A stretch of 64,000 nucleotides of DNA, from positions 38,684-102,683 of the forward strand of contig CAVYSE010000005.1 in NCBI GenBank assembly GCA_963771075.1, written 5' to 3'. The position numbers and the translations under genes were made by a program. Positions within the stretch are counted from its first letter, which is position 1, and every line of letters starts with the position of its first letter. The notes under the pieces are model-generated. The model saw nothing but the letters and a program-made list of their open reading frames with translations. It ran no database searches and was not told the origin of the DNA. This document shows, one piece after another, positions 32,713 through 41,867 of the stretch. Source of the DNA: a candidate division FCPU426 bacterium (GTDB lineage: Bacteria; Oederibacteriota; Muellerivitia; Muellerivitales; Muellerivitaceae).

Positions 32713-32888
32713 TGGATTCCTTCCCAGGGTTTTAAACGCAACGGGCCATAGTATAAGAGAAAGAGGTCCGAAAAGGGCCTGTCTTGGGGCCTGTGAGGGA
32801 TAACGGGTAGGTTAAATTTAATTGATTTGCCCCATGTTCCGTGGTTGTTTAATAGGCGCGTTGAAACAACTTCGTCACGGGAGATCCC

Positions 32889-33710
32889 ATGGAAAGTCTG
32901 CCGAAAATAGCCCAGCTTCTCGCGGAAATCAAAAACAAAAAGCCCCTGGTACACCACCTTACCAATTATGTCACGGTCAACGATTGCGCCAACATCGTGC
33001 TGGCCCTGGGCGCCTCGCCGGTCATGGCGGACGACGAGGGGGAGGTGGCCCAGATGGTGGGGCTGGCCTCGGCCCTGGTCTTGAACATCGGCACGCTCAA
33101 TGACCGGACCATCCGGTCCATGCTGGTGGCGGGCAAAAAAGCCAATGAGAAAGGGATTCCCGTTGTCCTCGACCCGGTGGGCGCGGGGGCCACTAACTTG
33201 AGGACCGAGACCGCCGCCCGATTCCTGAAGGTCATCCAATTGGCGGTGCTTCGGGGCAATATGTCGGAGATTAAGACCCTCAGCGGGGTGGGGGGAGCCA
33301 CCAAGGGGGTGGATTCGACCGCCGATTCCGCCGGAGGGCGGGAGATGGCGGTGGAGATGGCCCGGAAATACAAGTGCGTGGTCGCCATCACGGGTGCGCA
33401 GGACATCATTACGGATGGAACCCGGTTGGCTTTGATCGACAACGGCCACCCCGCCTTGTCCCAGGTGACGGGAACGGGTTGCATGGCCACCTCCCTGGTG
33501 GGCTGTTTTTGCGGGGCGACCAGCGATTATTACCTGGCGGCTTGCGGGGGGATCATGGCCATGGGCCTGGCGGGGGAGTGGGCTCAGGGAGACATGAAAC
33601 TGGGCCGTGGAATCGGGACCTTCCGGGTGAATCTCATGGACGCGATATCCCAAATGACCCCGGAAGATTTCATCAAGGGCGGCAAGATCAGCGAAGGAAC
33701 AGCCAATTGA
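32889..33710 (+). CDS. thiM: Hydroxyethylthiazole kinase
   Basis: PLVHHLTNYVTVNDCAN, LDPVGAGA, RGNMSEI, VTGTGC. Confidence 0.96.
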   Translation: MESLPKIAQLLAEIKNKKPLVHHLTNYVTVNDCANIVLALGASPVMADDEGEVAQMVGLASALVLNIGTLNDRTIRSMLVAGKKANEKGIPVVLDPVGAGATNLRTETAARFLKVIQLAVLRGNMSEIKTLSGVGGATKGVDSTADSAGGREMAVEMARKYKCVVAITGAQDIITDGTRLALIDNGHPALSQVTGTGCMATSLVGCFCGATSDYYLAACGGIMAMGLAGEWAQGDMKLGRGIGTFRVNLMDAISQMTPEDFIKGGKISEGTAN

Positions 33711-33781
33711 GGAGCGGCGCAAACCATGGGAGCAGGTCAGGTATTTACTGGAAAATGAATCGTTTATTCTGGGGAGAGTTA

Positions 33782-33810
33782 TTGACCATGACGGGGACCC
33801 GTCGTGGACA
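33782..33810 (+). repeat. Cassette-boundary palindrome, copy 1
   Basis: TTGACCATGACGGGGACCCGTCGTGGACA. Confidence 0.85.
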
Positions 33811-33920
33811 TGGGAAATAACTCGTTTTAACCCCGATTAGGACAGAACTTTTACCCCTCCTGTTTCGTCCTATAATTATCCAGGTGTTTGTAGTCTCGTT
33901 TTCGGGAAAGAGGTAAAGCT

Positions 33921-34736
33921 ATGAAACCAACCCATGGTTTTCCAAGTCTGTTAAAAATGGCTTTAACCTTGGCGGTTGCCTTTTTATTCAGCGGATGCGC
34001 GCAAAATCCCATGCCGCCCCTCTTCAGCCTTTACGGCTACCAGCGCCTGGCCATCATCCCCTTTGACAACAAAACGCAGGACCCGGCCTTGGCCGACGCC
34101 CTCCAGGATGAAATGGCCAGTGAGATCGTGAACCTCAACGCCCTTCCCGTCATTGAGGCGGGGCAGGTGGCGGCCTACCTGAAGTCCATCGGGGCAAAGG
34201 CTTCCGACGTGCCTACGGATCATGGATTGCGGCAACAAATCGCCCAATATTTCAAATGCGACATCTTCTTATTGGGCACAGCCGATGGATATACCGAGTT
34301 ACTCAAGGATGAGGCGCCCCAAAGGTCGGACTTGGGGTGGGGCTTTTACACGGACCGCAAGGTGGTCATCACCAACAGCGCCAAGCTGATGGACCCGGCC
34401 AGTGGCGGCATCCTCTGGTTCCGAAACAAGAACTGGGGCGCCAGTTGGCACAACACATGGAACCCCCTTCCCGTTCCGCAAACAGTGGTTCTTCCGGGTC
34501 TGTTGGGCCAATTCGTCGACCTGGCTAACATGGTGTTAAACCGGGTGGACCACAATGTGGATGTTGAGCCTCCCACGGTCGACGAAACCTATTCCGGCAG
34601 CCCGATCTACACCCAAAGCAGGGCTTTTGCCAGGCAACGCCAGAAGGCCATTGTCGCCACGGTGAATTCCCTGGTGGATGACTTCCAGGGCCATTACAAC
34701 TGGACGCCGGGGTTAAGGACCAACAACAACCAATAA
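33921..34736 (+). CDS. Putative lipoprotein (CsgG/GNA1162-like fold)
   Basis: Lipobox FSGC and RLAIIPFDN motif. Confidence 0.7.
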   Translation: MKPTHGFPSLLKMALTLAVAFLFSGCAQNPMPPLFSLYGYQRLAIIPFDNKTQDPALADALQDEMASEIVNLNALPVIEAGQVAAYLKSIGAKASDVPTDHGLRQQIAQYFKCDIFLLGTADGYTELLKDEAPQRSDLGWGFYTDRKVVITNSAKLMDPASGGILWFRNKNWGASWHNTWNPLPVPQTVVLPGLLGQFVDLANMVLNRVDHNVDVEPPTVDETYSGSPIYTQSRAFARQRQKAIVATVNSLVDDFQGHYNWTPGLRTNNNQ

Positions 34737-34858
34737 GGCCGCAAGTGCGGGAAATCCGGTTACCGATTCCCTTCGGAAAACAATGAAAAAATGGTATTGA
34801 TTTGTCCGGGATGTGAAGCTGTTTCAAGAATTGGAACAGGGGATTTTAGCGGGACACA

Positions 34859-35689
34859 TTGGAATTCAGAAATATGAATAAAATCCCACAAACCGTATTG
34901 AAAGCATTCAATGTTGAAGCGGAAACGCAATTGTTGGATGGCGGCCAAGGTGAATCTTTTCGGGCGGGTAACATTGTCCTGAAACCAGCCCTCCTCGAAG
35001 CCGAATGGCTTGCCGAAAACCTTAAAGACTTAAAAGAAGATGGTTTCAGAATCCCAAGGCCCGTTTCAACAAGGGATGGGAAGTGGATCTTTGATCGATG
35101 GTGCGCCTGGACTTTTATTTATGGCCGGCATGATCCCACGCGTGTGCAAGAGATAGTCCAAACCGCGAAGGTGTTTAATGCTTCGCTCAAGGGGTTTTCC
35201 AGGCCGGATTTTCTGGATCAACGGCAGGATCCTTGGGCCATAGCGGATCGAATGGCATGGGGTGAGATTCCAATAGCTTGCCACCCCTCCCTTATGGTAC
35301 CGATCAATAGAATTTCCGAACTTTTAAAACCGATTGATCTGCCGAGCCAGCTTATCCACTGTGATCTTATCGGCAACGTTCTTTTTGAGGATGAACATGC
35401 ACCTGGAGTCATTGATTTTTCCCTTAACTGGCGGCCTCCCGATTATTCCCTCGCCATTATTGTGGTTGACGCAATGAACTGGAATGGCGCTGATGAATCA
35501 GTTCTGCGATATATTGGTGATGTTCCTGATTTTTTTCAGCTTTTGATCAGAGCCCAAATATTCCGCCTGGCTGTTTTGGAAGGATTTCGTCAAAGAGGGG
35601 CGGACATATCCCGAGGAATAAGAGGAGAAGAAAGAACCGTTGAACTGATATGCGGAAAGCTCAAAGATAAATACCACAAAACTGCTTAA
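34859..35689 (+). CDS. Aminoglycoside phosphotransferase-like kinase (TIGR02569-like)
   Basis: LDGGQG, VLKP, DPWAIADRMAWGE, QLIHCDLIGNVLF, IDFS. Confidence 0.8.
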   Translation: MEFRNMNKIPQTVLKAFNVEAETQLLDGGQGESFRAGNIVLKPALLEAEWLAENLKDLKEDGFRIPRPVSTRDGKWIFDRWCAWTFIYGRHDPTRVQEIVQTAKVFNASLKGFSRPDFLDQRQDPWAIADRMAWGEIPIACHPSLMVPINRISELLKPIDLPSQLIHCDLIGNVLFEDEHAPGVIDFSLNWRPPDYSLAIIVVDAMNWNGADESVLRYIGDVPDFFQLLIRAQIFRLAVLEGFRQRGADISRGIRGEERTVELICGKLKDKYHKTA

Positions 35690-35694
35690 GTAGG

Positions 35695-35723
35695 TTGTCC
35701 GCGACGGGGACCCATCGCGAACA
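35695..35723 (+). repeat. Cassette-boundary palindrome, copy 2
   Basis: TTGTCCGCGACGGGGACCCATCGCGAACA, with a compensatory G/C change. Confidence 0.85.
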
Positions 35724-35770
35724 TCTAATGTGGGTTGGAGTTATACGATGGGCTATCGTATAATTAAGCT

Positions 35771-35986
35771 ATGAAAGTCACCGCGCTATTACCCGATAAA
35801 CTAGTACGGGAAGTCCAAGGTTTTGCCAAAGGCAAAAACCTCACGGAATCGCTCGTCAAAGCATTATCGGAATGGAACCAACAACAAAAAATCAGGGATT
35901 TGAATCAACTGGTTCTTGAGCATCCCCTGGGTTTCTCCAAAACTTTTTCCGCCCCTCGCGTTCGAGCCAAAAACAGAAAATCATGA
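35771..35986 (+). CDS. VapB-like antitoxin (DUF2191-like)
   Basis: 71 aa, overlaps the PIN gene (ATGA). Palindromic operator and TATAAT at 35741-35764. Confidence 0.75.
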   Translation: MKVTALLPDKLVREVQGFAKGKNLTESLVKALSEWNQQQKIRDLNQLVLEHPLGFSKTFSAPRVRAKNRKS

Positions 35987-36357
35987 TCCTTGTCGATACC
36001 TCCATTTGGGTGGAGTTTCTCAAGGGGCATCAACCCTATTTTGATCAAATGAAACAATTGTTGGAGGAACGCCAAGTCCTTGCGGTCGAACCTGTTTTCG
36101 GCGAATTGCTCCAAGGAGCTAAAGATGACCGTGAAAGGCGGATTCTTCAGGGATTTTGGGAAAATCTTCCCAAAAATAAAATACAGGATGCCTGGGTGAA
36201 GGCGGGGGAATTATCCTCCCGAAAAAAATGGAGTGATCGCGGAATCGGATTGATCGACGTGGTCTTGATTATTTCCTCTCGGGATTCAAACGCAAAGATT
36301 TGGTCTTTAGATAAGAAGTTAAATAGCGTATTGCACAAGAATGAGATTTTTGAATAG
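35983..36357 (+). CDS. vapC: VapC/PIN-domain toxin
   Basis: MILVDTSIWVEF, GELLQG, IGLID, IWSLDK. Confidence 0.9.
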   Translation: MILVDTSIWVEFLKGHQPYFDQMKQLLEERQVLAVEPVFGELLQGAKDDRERRILQGFWENLPKNKIQDAWVKAGELSSRKKWSDRGIGLIDVVLIISSRDSNAKIWSLDKKLNSVLHKNEIFE

Positions 36358-36363
36358 CTTTGC

Positions 36364-36392
36364 TTGTTTACGATGAGGTCCCATCGTGGACA
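36364..36392 (+). repeat. Cassette-boundary palindrome, copy 3
   Basis: TTGTTTACGATGAGGTCCCATCGTGGACA. Confidence 0.8.
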
Positions 36393-36457
36393 TGAAAAAT
36401 CATGGATAATGGGCTTGGTCTCCTTGTTCCACTATCCCAGTGAAAGGTAGTAAATAA

Positions 36458-38071
36458 ATGAAATACCAATGGTTGTTCGCGTTCTTGCTTGCAGTTCCAT
36501 CCTGGGCCCTTCCCGCCGACAAGGCATTTGAATTATTTCCTCCGGCCAATAACGCCGCGCCGGAGACCTTTACCAAGGCGGTCCAACCCTTCCCGGCGGA
36601 GGGCAAGCCCTGGAAGTTCGCTCATGGCGCCAAGGTCCAGGTCAAGGTGGATGCCGCGCAGGTTCTGCAAAAGATCACCCCCTATCAATTCGGGTCCAAT
36701 CTCGCCTGTTGGGATAACAAACAATTCGTGAACGACCCGGATTGCCAGGAAAAGGTCAGGCAGGCGGGCATCCGGTTCTGGCGCTGGCCGGGAGGCAGTA
36801 CCTCGGACAACTACCATTGGGATGGCAAGTATGGGGACCATACCAAGGACCATGACGGGGGGAACCCGCCGAATATGAACGAACCCTGGGCCGCCTCCAC
36901 CGACGATTTCATTTCCTTCTGCCAGAAGACGAATTCGGAAGCCATCGTGACGGTCAACTACGGCGCAGCCCGTTATGAGAATGTCCGGTACGCGGCCGAC
37001 CTGGCCGCCCGGTGGGTGCATTATTTCAACTTCGAGAAGAATTTCAGGGTGCGTTATTGGGAGATTGGCAACGAGAATTTCGGGTCCTGGGAAGAGGGGA
37101 ACCAGCTGGCAGGCAAATCGCAATTGACCGGCGATGTCTATGGCAAGGATTTCCAGGTGATCGCCTCGGCCATGCGAAAAGTGGACCCGGACATCTTTAT
37201 CGGGGCGGTGGCCGTGGACAAGGACAGCGGGGATGATTGGAATGGTTACCACTGGTGGATGAGGGGCCTTCTGCCCCAGCTTCAACGGAAAGCCGATTTC
37301 CTGATCTTCCATGAATATTTCATATGGCCCTTCGATGGCGCGAAAAACTATACCAATCCCAGCAACCAGGTTCTTCTGTCGAACCTTCACGAGATCCCCG
37401 ACGCCAAGGCCGCTTTCGATGACATGGAAGACAAATACGCGCCGACCGAGAAGGGTTTGCCCATCGCCGCGACCGAGTTCAACATGATCAACGGCGATCC
37501 CCCCCAGACGATCCAACTGTTGAACGGGTTATTTGCGGCGGAAGCCCTGGGGGAGATGATCAAGACGGGTTTCAAAAATTCCAACATCTGGGACCTGAAG
37601 AACGGCCTGGATGAGAAGCTCAAGGGGGACCATGGCTTGCTGGCCTATGGGGACTCCCGGATTCCGGCGGGTACACCCCGGCCGACCTATTACACTTACG
37701 CCCTTTATTCCCGGGCTTTCGGGGACACCCTGGTTTCGGCGGAGAGCGCGGACCCAACGGTAAAGATCTATGCCAGCCGTTTTTCGGGCGGGGAACTGGG
37801 TTTGGTCATCGTGAACGAGAATGACCAGAACCGCACGGCCGTTTTTGACCTGGCGGGGTTCAAGCCCCAGGGAAAACTGATGGGATGGGTCATGACCGGC
37901 AAGAATCTTAATGATTTTCAGGTTTCGTGGAACGGCGAAATGGGACCGGCGGGAGGGGGAGGGCCCTATCCCATCCAGACGATCCCGCCATACCGGGCCG
38001 TCTTCAAGACCAATCAACCCCTCCAGCTACCCTTGCAAGCCAGGTCGGTTACGGGCCTTATCCTTTATTAG
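36458..38071 (+). CDS. Secreted clan-A glycoside hydrolase (alpha-L-arabinofuranosidase/GH44-51-like)
   Basis: Signal peptide, RWPGGSTSDNYHW, YWEIGNE (acid/base) and ATEFN (nucleophile). Confidence 0.8.
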   Translation: MKYQWLFAFLLAVPSWALPADKAFELFPPANNAAPETFTKAVQPFPAEGKPWKFAHGAKVQVKVDAAQVLQKITPYQFGSNLACWDNKQFVNDPDCQEKVRQAGIRFWRWPGGSTSDNYHWDGKYGDHTKDHDGGNPPNMNEPWAASTDDFISFCQKTNSEAIVTVNYGAARYENVRYAADLAARWVHYFNFEKNFRVRYWEIGNENFGSWEEGNQLAGKSQLTGDVYGKDFQVIASAMRKVDPDIFIGAVAVDKDSGDDWNGYHWWMRGLLPQLQRKADFLIFHEYFIWPFDGAKNYTNPSNQVLLSNLHEIPDAKAAFDDMEDKYAPTEKGLPIAATEFNMINGDPPQTIQLLNGLFAAEALGEMIKTGFKNSNIWDLKNGLDEKLKGDHGLLAYGDSRIPAGTPRPTYYTYALYSRAFGDTLVSAESADPTVKIYASRFSGGELGLVIVNENDQNRTAVFDLAGFKPQGKLMGWVMTGKNLNDFQVSWNGEMGPAGGGGPYPIQTIPPYRAVFKTNQPLQLPLQARSVTGLILY

Positions 38072-38144
38072 GTCGATAAGGTTGGCTTTCGACCGCAGCC
38101 GATAGATTAAACAGGTCTTGGACTGCCAATAAACCTTTTGTTAC

Positions 38145-38173
38145 TTGTCCACGACGGGGACCCGTCGCGGACA
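38145..38173 (+). repeat. Cassette-boundary palindrome, copy 4
   Basis: TTGTCCACGACGGGGACCCGTCGCGGACA. Confidence 0.9.
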
Positions 38174-38295
38174 GGTAATTCGAACCATGCCAACCCCCTT
38201 TTCAGGTCAAAGATTGAAGAGGTTTTAGATCCCATTGCAGGATTATCGATATAATGATATCATGATATCGTTACCATTCATTTGGGAGGAGACCC

Positions 38296-38547
38296 ATGGC
38301 CCAACTCATCGTTAGAAATTTAGATGACAGCGTGAAGATGAAGCTGAGCCAAAGGGCCCGGAAGAATGGGCACAGCACGGAGGAAGAAGTACGGGATATC
38401 TTGAGAAACGCGGTAGGAAAAGATAGGGGCCTCGCCCCCATGCCATTGGGCGCCAGGTTTAAGGCGCGGTTTAGCAAGATAGGCCTAACTAGGGAAATCC
38501 CCGAATTGCGTGGACAGCAGGCCCAACCCGCCACCCTTGTCCCATGA
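38296..38547 (+). CDS. FitA/StbC-like ribbon-helix-helix antitoxin
   Basis: MAQLIVRNLDD...ARKNGHSTEEEVRDIL, overlapping the PIN gene. Confidence 0.88.
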   Translation: MAQLIVRNLDDSVKMKLSQRARKNGHSTEEEVRDILRNAVGKDRGLAPMPLGARFKARFSKIGLTREIPELRGQQAQPATLVP

Positions 38548-38963
38548 TCCTGCTCGATACAAATGTCCTTTCCGCATTGATGCTTCGGGAACCGGACCCT
38601 ACGGTCGTTTCATGGCTGGATCGCCAGTCCGTTGAATCGGTTTGGACAACGACGATCACGGTATTTGAAATTCGGTTTGGCCTCGAGAACCTGGCGGGTG
38701 GGAAAAGACGGCGTCAGCTGGAAGAAATTTTTAACCAAACCCTGGAAATTGATTTGGAAGGCCGAGTCCTGCCATTTGACCTGGCCGCGGCCCGGGCGTC
38801 TGCCTCGATCGCGGCCCAACAAAGAAAAAGTGGGCGTCCGGTTGAGATACGAGATGTCCAGATTGCCGGGATCACTTTGGCCAGCAAGGCTACATTAGCC
38901 ACCCGCAATATCCGGCATTTCCAAGGGCTTGGTATCCATCTGATCGATCCCTGGAAAGCCTAG
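38544..38963 (+). CDS. vapC: VapC/FitB PIN toxin
   Basis: MILLDTNVLS, DVQIAGI, LATRNIRHF, IDPW. Confidence 0.92.
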   Translation: MILLDTNVLSALMLREPDPTVVSWLDRQSVESVWTTTITVFEIRFGLENLAGGKRRRQLEEIFNQTLEIDLEGRVLPFDLAAARASASIAAQQRKSGRPVEIRDVQIAGITLASKATLATRNIRHFQGLGIHLIDPWKA

Positions 38964-38964
38964 C

Positions 38965-38993
38965 CTGTCCACGATGGGGACCCGGATTGGTCA
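38965..38993 (+). repeat. Cassette-boundary palindrome, copy 5 (right arm degenerate)
   Basis: CTGTCCACGATGGGGACCCGGATTGGTCA, 1 nt after the stop codon. Confidence 0.8.
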
Positions 38994-39011
38994 AAGAAAG
39001 AAGGTTAGACA

Positions 39012-39290
39012 ATGGTAAATAAAAAGACGGTTGTGATGAAGATAAACATCAAGGCGTTCGGATTGGCTTGTGGTTTGTTGTGGGGTCTGGGAGTTTTAGG
39101 CCTGACTTGGTGGGTCATCCTTTTCGAGGGGCCAACCCACGACCTGATGTTGCTTGGACACATCTACCGGGGTTATGACATCAGCCCCGCCGGAAGTTTG
39201 ATTGGGACTGCTTATGGCCTGGTGGATGGAGGGGTGGGCGGCGTCGTTTTCGCCTGGCTTTATAACCTCCTCTGCGTCAAGTTCAAATGA
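39012..39290 (+). CDS. Small two-TM membrane protein (holin-like family)
   Basis: KAFGLACGLLWG...YRGY...GSLIG..YGLVDG...FAWLYN. Confidence 0.7.
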   Translation: MVNKKTVVMKINIKAFGLACGLLWGLGVLGLTWWVILFEGPTHDLMLLGHIYRGYDISPAGSLIGTAYGLVDGGVGGVVFAWLYNLLCVKFK

Positions 39291-39309
39291 TCAGGTGTTG
39301 AGGAATAGC

Positions 39310-39338
39310 TTGTCCACGATGGGGACCCTTCGTGGACA
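39310..39338 (+). repeat. Cassette-boundary palindrome, copy 6 (intron target)
   Basis: TTGTCCACGATGGGGACCCTTCGTGGACA, directly before intron copy 1. Confidence 0.9.
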
Positions 39339-41317
39339 TCGTGCCAGCGAAGGTTTGTAGAGCCAGCAGGTGAGGGAGTAGGCCGAAGAGGGCCAGCCCA
39401 AATCCTGACCAGGTAATCGCCAGAGAGCCTGGAAGTCAGCCCCCGGCGTAGGACCGAGAGGTTCTGCCCGAAACGGGGTCATAAACCTCATTCAGTGAGG
39501 GAACAATCTAGCAGTCCGCAACATCAAGTGAATCCTGCCGCGTCGTGAATGGGACACCGAAAGGTGCAAGAGGATGCCGAGCCGCGTGTCTACCGGCGAA
39601 GGCCACGATCCCGCTGAAGAATCTGGAGCAAGCGGGGCAAGTCCTCCGGCGTATGGGGAACGGAATGCTGGAAAGGCTTTGCAAGCAACCTGGGAGATCC
39701 TACCCGCCAAAAGACTTGCCGCTATAAGGCTAAAACCGAAAAGGGGCAAGGGCGGGAGGAAGTCGGAGGGGGTCACAATACCTGTGAAGGGTGGACAACA
39801 AAACCACCTGGAGGGAAGGACCCCTGCTTCAACCAAGCAACCTTCAAAAGGGAGGCGCTGGAGCATGCCCCAAAGGGCCAACAACTCCGAAGACAAGGCG
39901 CGAACCCTTCAAAGGGCGCTATACCGAGCGGCCAAGAGGAGCCCAAGCCGGAGATTTCATGTACTGCATGACAGGATGACCCGATGGGATGTCCTGACAG
40001 CGGCATGGAAACAGGTGAAGGCTAATAAAGGCCAAGGAGGAGTGGACGGGGAAACGCTGGAATGGATCGAAGAGAAGGTGGGAATTATTCCATTCCTGAA
40101 GGGCATCCAGGAAGAACTCAAAGCTGGGAAGTATCTGCCTAAACCTGTGAGACGAGTGGAAATACCCAAGCCTGATGGAAGCAAGAGACCGTTGGGAATC
40201 CCGGTAATTCGGGATCGGGTAGTTCAAGCGGCTTGCCGGAAGGTGGTGGAACCCATCTTTGAGGCGGACTTTCTGGAAGGCTCGTTTGGATTTCGGCCAA
40301 AACGCGGAGCCCAGCAGGCCCACCGGGAGATCAAGAAGTGGATCAATGGCGGGTACAGATGGGTGGTGGATGGAGATATTCGGAAGTATTTCGATTCCAT
40401 CGACCACGACAAACTGATGGTGCTGGTGCGCCAGAGGATCAGTGACCGGAAGGTTTTGAAACTGATCCGAGGGTGGCTGAAGGCGGGTGTGTTTGAGGAA
40501 GGAAGGCTTACGCCGACTCTCCGAGGGACACCGCAAGGCGGGGTGATCTCACCGCTGTTATCCAATGTTTACCTTCACTTGCTGGACAAGGTTTGGAATA
40601 AGAGGCACAGGAAACTGGGTAGGCTGGTGCGCTACGCCGACGATTTTGTGGTGTTGTGCGGAAGCCAAGCCCATGCGGAAAAGAGCCTGGAAGTCATCAA
40701 GGAATTGATGGGACGACTAGGGCTTGAACTGCACCCCGAAAAGACACGGCTGGTGGAAATGGGGCCTGGGAAGGAAGGGTTTGACTTCCTTGGGTTCCAC
40801 TTTCGAGTAGGTATGCCGGTGGTAGGATTGGGTAAGACCTGTTGCCTGAGCTGGCCGAGCCGGAAGGCCATGAAGAAAATCGCCGAGAAAGTGAAGCAGA
40901 TGACGGCGGGCCGAGAGCGGCTCTTATCTCCAATGGAGGATGTAGCGAAGGCTTTGAACCCGGTGTTAAGGGGGTGGGCCAACTATTTCCGAATTGGGGA
41001 CAGCCAGCCATACTTTTCCAAGCTTCAATTTTACGTACTCGAAAGGCTGACTTTGTTTCGGAGGCATAAGTACGCCTGGGAAGGACGAACATGGTCGATC
41101 GAGGAAGTGAAACGCCTTGGTTTGAACTGGATTCCAGCTTTTGCCTTGAATGCTGCCGGTTGAAAGGTTGTCGGAAAGCCGTATGATCGAAAAGGTCACG
41201 TACGGTTTGATGAGGGGGCGCTGGAAACGTGGTGATGAGAGCCGGACTGAGGCCCAATCCGAAAGGGTTGGATTCGCCACCGTACTCTAAGGCATACGCG
41301 CCAGCGCTCTACTCTGC
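39339..41317 (+). mobile_element. Group II intron, copy 1 (~1.98 kb)
   Basis: Appears identical to the other two copies between these limits. Contains an RT ORF, domain V (AAGCCGTATG...TACGGTTT, 41176-41208) and a domain VI ending CTACTCTGC. Confidence 0.93.
39865..41163 (+). CDS. ltrA: Group II intron reverse transcriptase/maturase (no endonuclease domain)
   Basis: GGAGG RBS, RPLGIPVIRDRVVQ, GTPQGGVISPLLSN, RYADDF, FDFLGF, LRGWANYF. Confidence 0.95.
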   Translation: MPQRANNSEDKARTLQRALYRAAKRSPSRRFHVLHDRMTRWDVLTAAWKQVKANKGQGGVDGETLEWIEEKVGIIPFLKGIQEELKAGKYLPKPVRRVEIPKPDGSKRPLGIPVIRDRVVQAACRKVVEPIFEADFLEGSFGFRPKRGAQQAHREIKKWINGGYRWVVDGDIRKYFDSIDHDKLMVLVRQRISDRKVLKLIRGWLKAGVFEEGRLTPTLRGTPQGGVISPLLSNVYLHLLDKVWNKRHRKLGRLVRYADDFVVLCGSQAHAEKSLEVIKELMGRLGLELHPEKTRLVEMGPGKEGFDFLGFHFRVGMPVVGLGKTCCLSWPSRKAMKKIAEKVKQMTAGRERLLSPMEDVAKALNPVLRGWANYFRIGDSQPYFSKLQFYVLERLTLFRRHKYAWEGRTWSIEEVKRLGLNWIPAFALNAAG

Positions 41318-41353
41318 ACGAAAAGTCACGCATAAGAGGCAGTTTATGATTAG

Positions 41354-41773
41354 TTGGCCAATTTGAAAAAGATTAAACCCTGGGTGAAATTTTGGTTATT
41401 CGCAGGAACTTTATTATTTGGTTACGTGTTTTGGGGGTTGGTTGAAGAAGTTGCTTTCAATAATCGATTTTTTATCCCCACTTTGAGTTCTCGGATGGTT
41501 CGGTTAACCGGGTTCATTCATTTTCGCATAATCGACTTTTGGTGTTCCAATTGTATCTACGTTTTAGACAGTTCTGGCTCCCAAATTAAAGTGATCGTTC
41601 CCCAAAAAGTCCAAGACGAAGTTCGGAGAACAAATTGGGGAGATTTAAAAAAGAACGGGAAAACAGTATTTGTTGACTTGAATGCAATATCTGGGGGTCT
41701 CGGGGATTATTATGTTTGTACGAGAGTCAATTCGATTAATGTCGTTGATGGAGTTGTTTCAGTAAGCAAATAA
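41354..41773 (+). CDS. Hypothetical membrane-anchored cassette protein
   Basis: AT-rich ORF with an N-terminal TM segment, ending 13 nt before a repeat. Confidence 0.6.
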   Translation: MANLKKIKPWVKFWLFAGTLLFGYVFWGLVEEVAFNNRFFIPTLSSRMVRLTGFIHFRIIDFWCSNCIYVLDSSGSQIKVIVPQKVQDEVRRTNWGDLKKNGKTVFVDLNAISGGLGDYYVCTRVNSINVVDGVVSVSK

Positions 41774-41786
41774 TTCACATGAAGAG

Positions 41787-41815
41787 CTGTCCACGACGGG
41801 GACCCGTCGTGGACG
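41787..41815 (+). repeat. Cassette-boundary palindrome, copy 7
   Basis: CTGTCCACGACGGGGACCCGTCGTGGACG. Confidence 0.9.
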
Positions 41816-41867
41816 ATGTTTTTAAGTTTATTACCCAAATTATAAGTTCTTTCAGATTGGATGTTTT

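Noticed and set aside
34800-34830. TTGTCCGGGATG as a boundary repeat between the lipoprotein and kinase genes
   Set aside because: Only the first few bases match. There is no core or right arm, so it is not counted.
39574-39864. 97-aa N-terminal extension of the intron ORF
   Set aside because: It overlaps ribozyme domains I-III. The RBS-supported start is the ATG at 39865.
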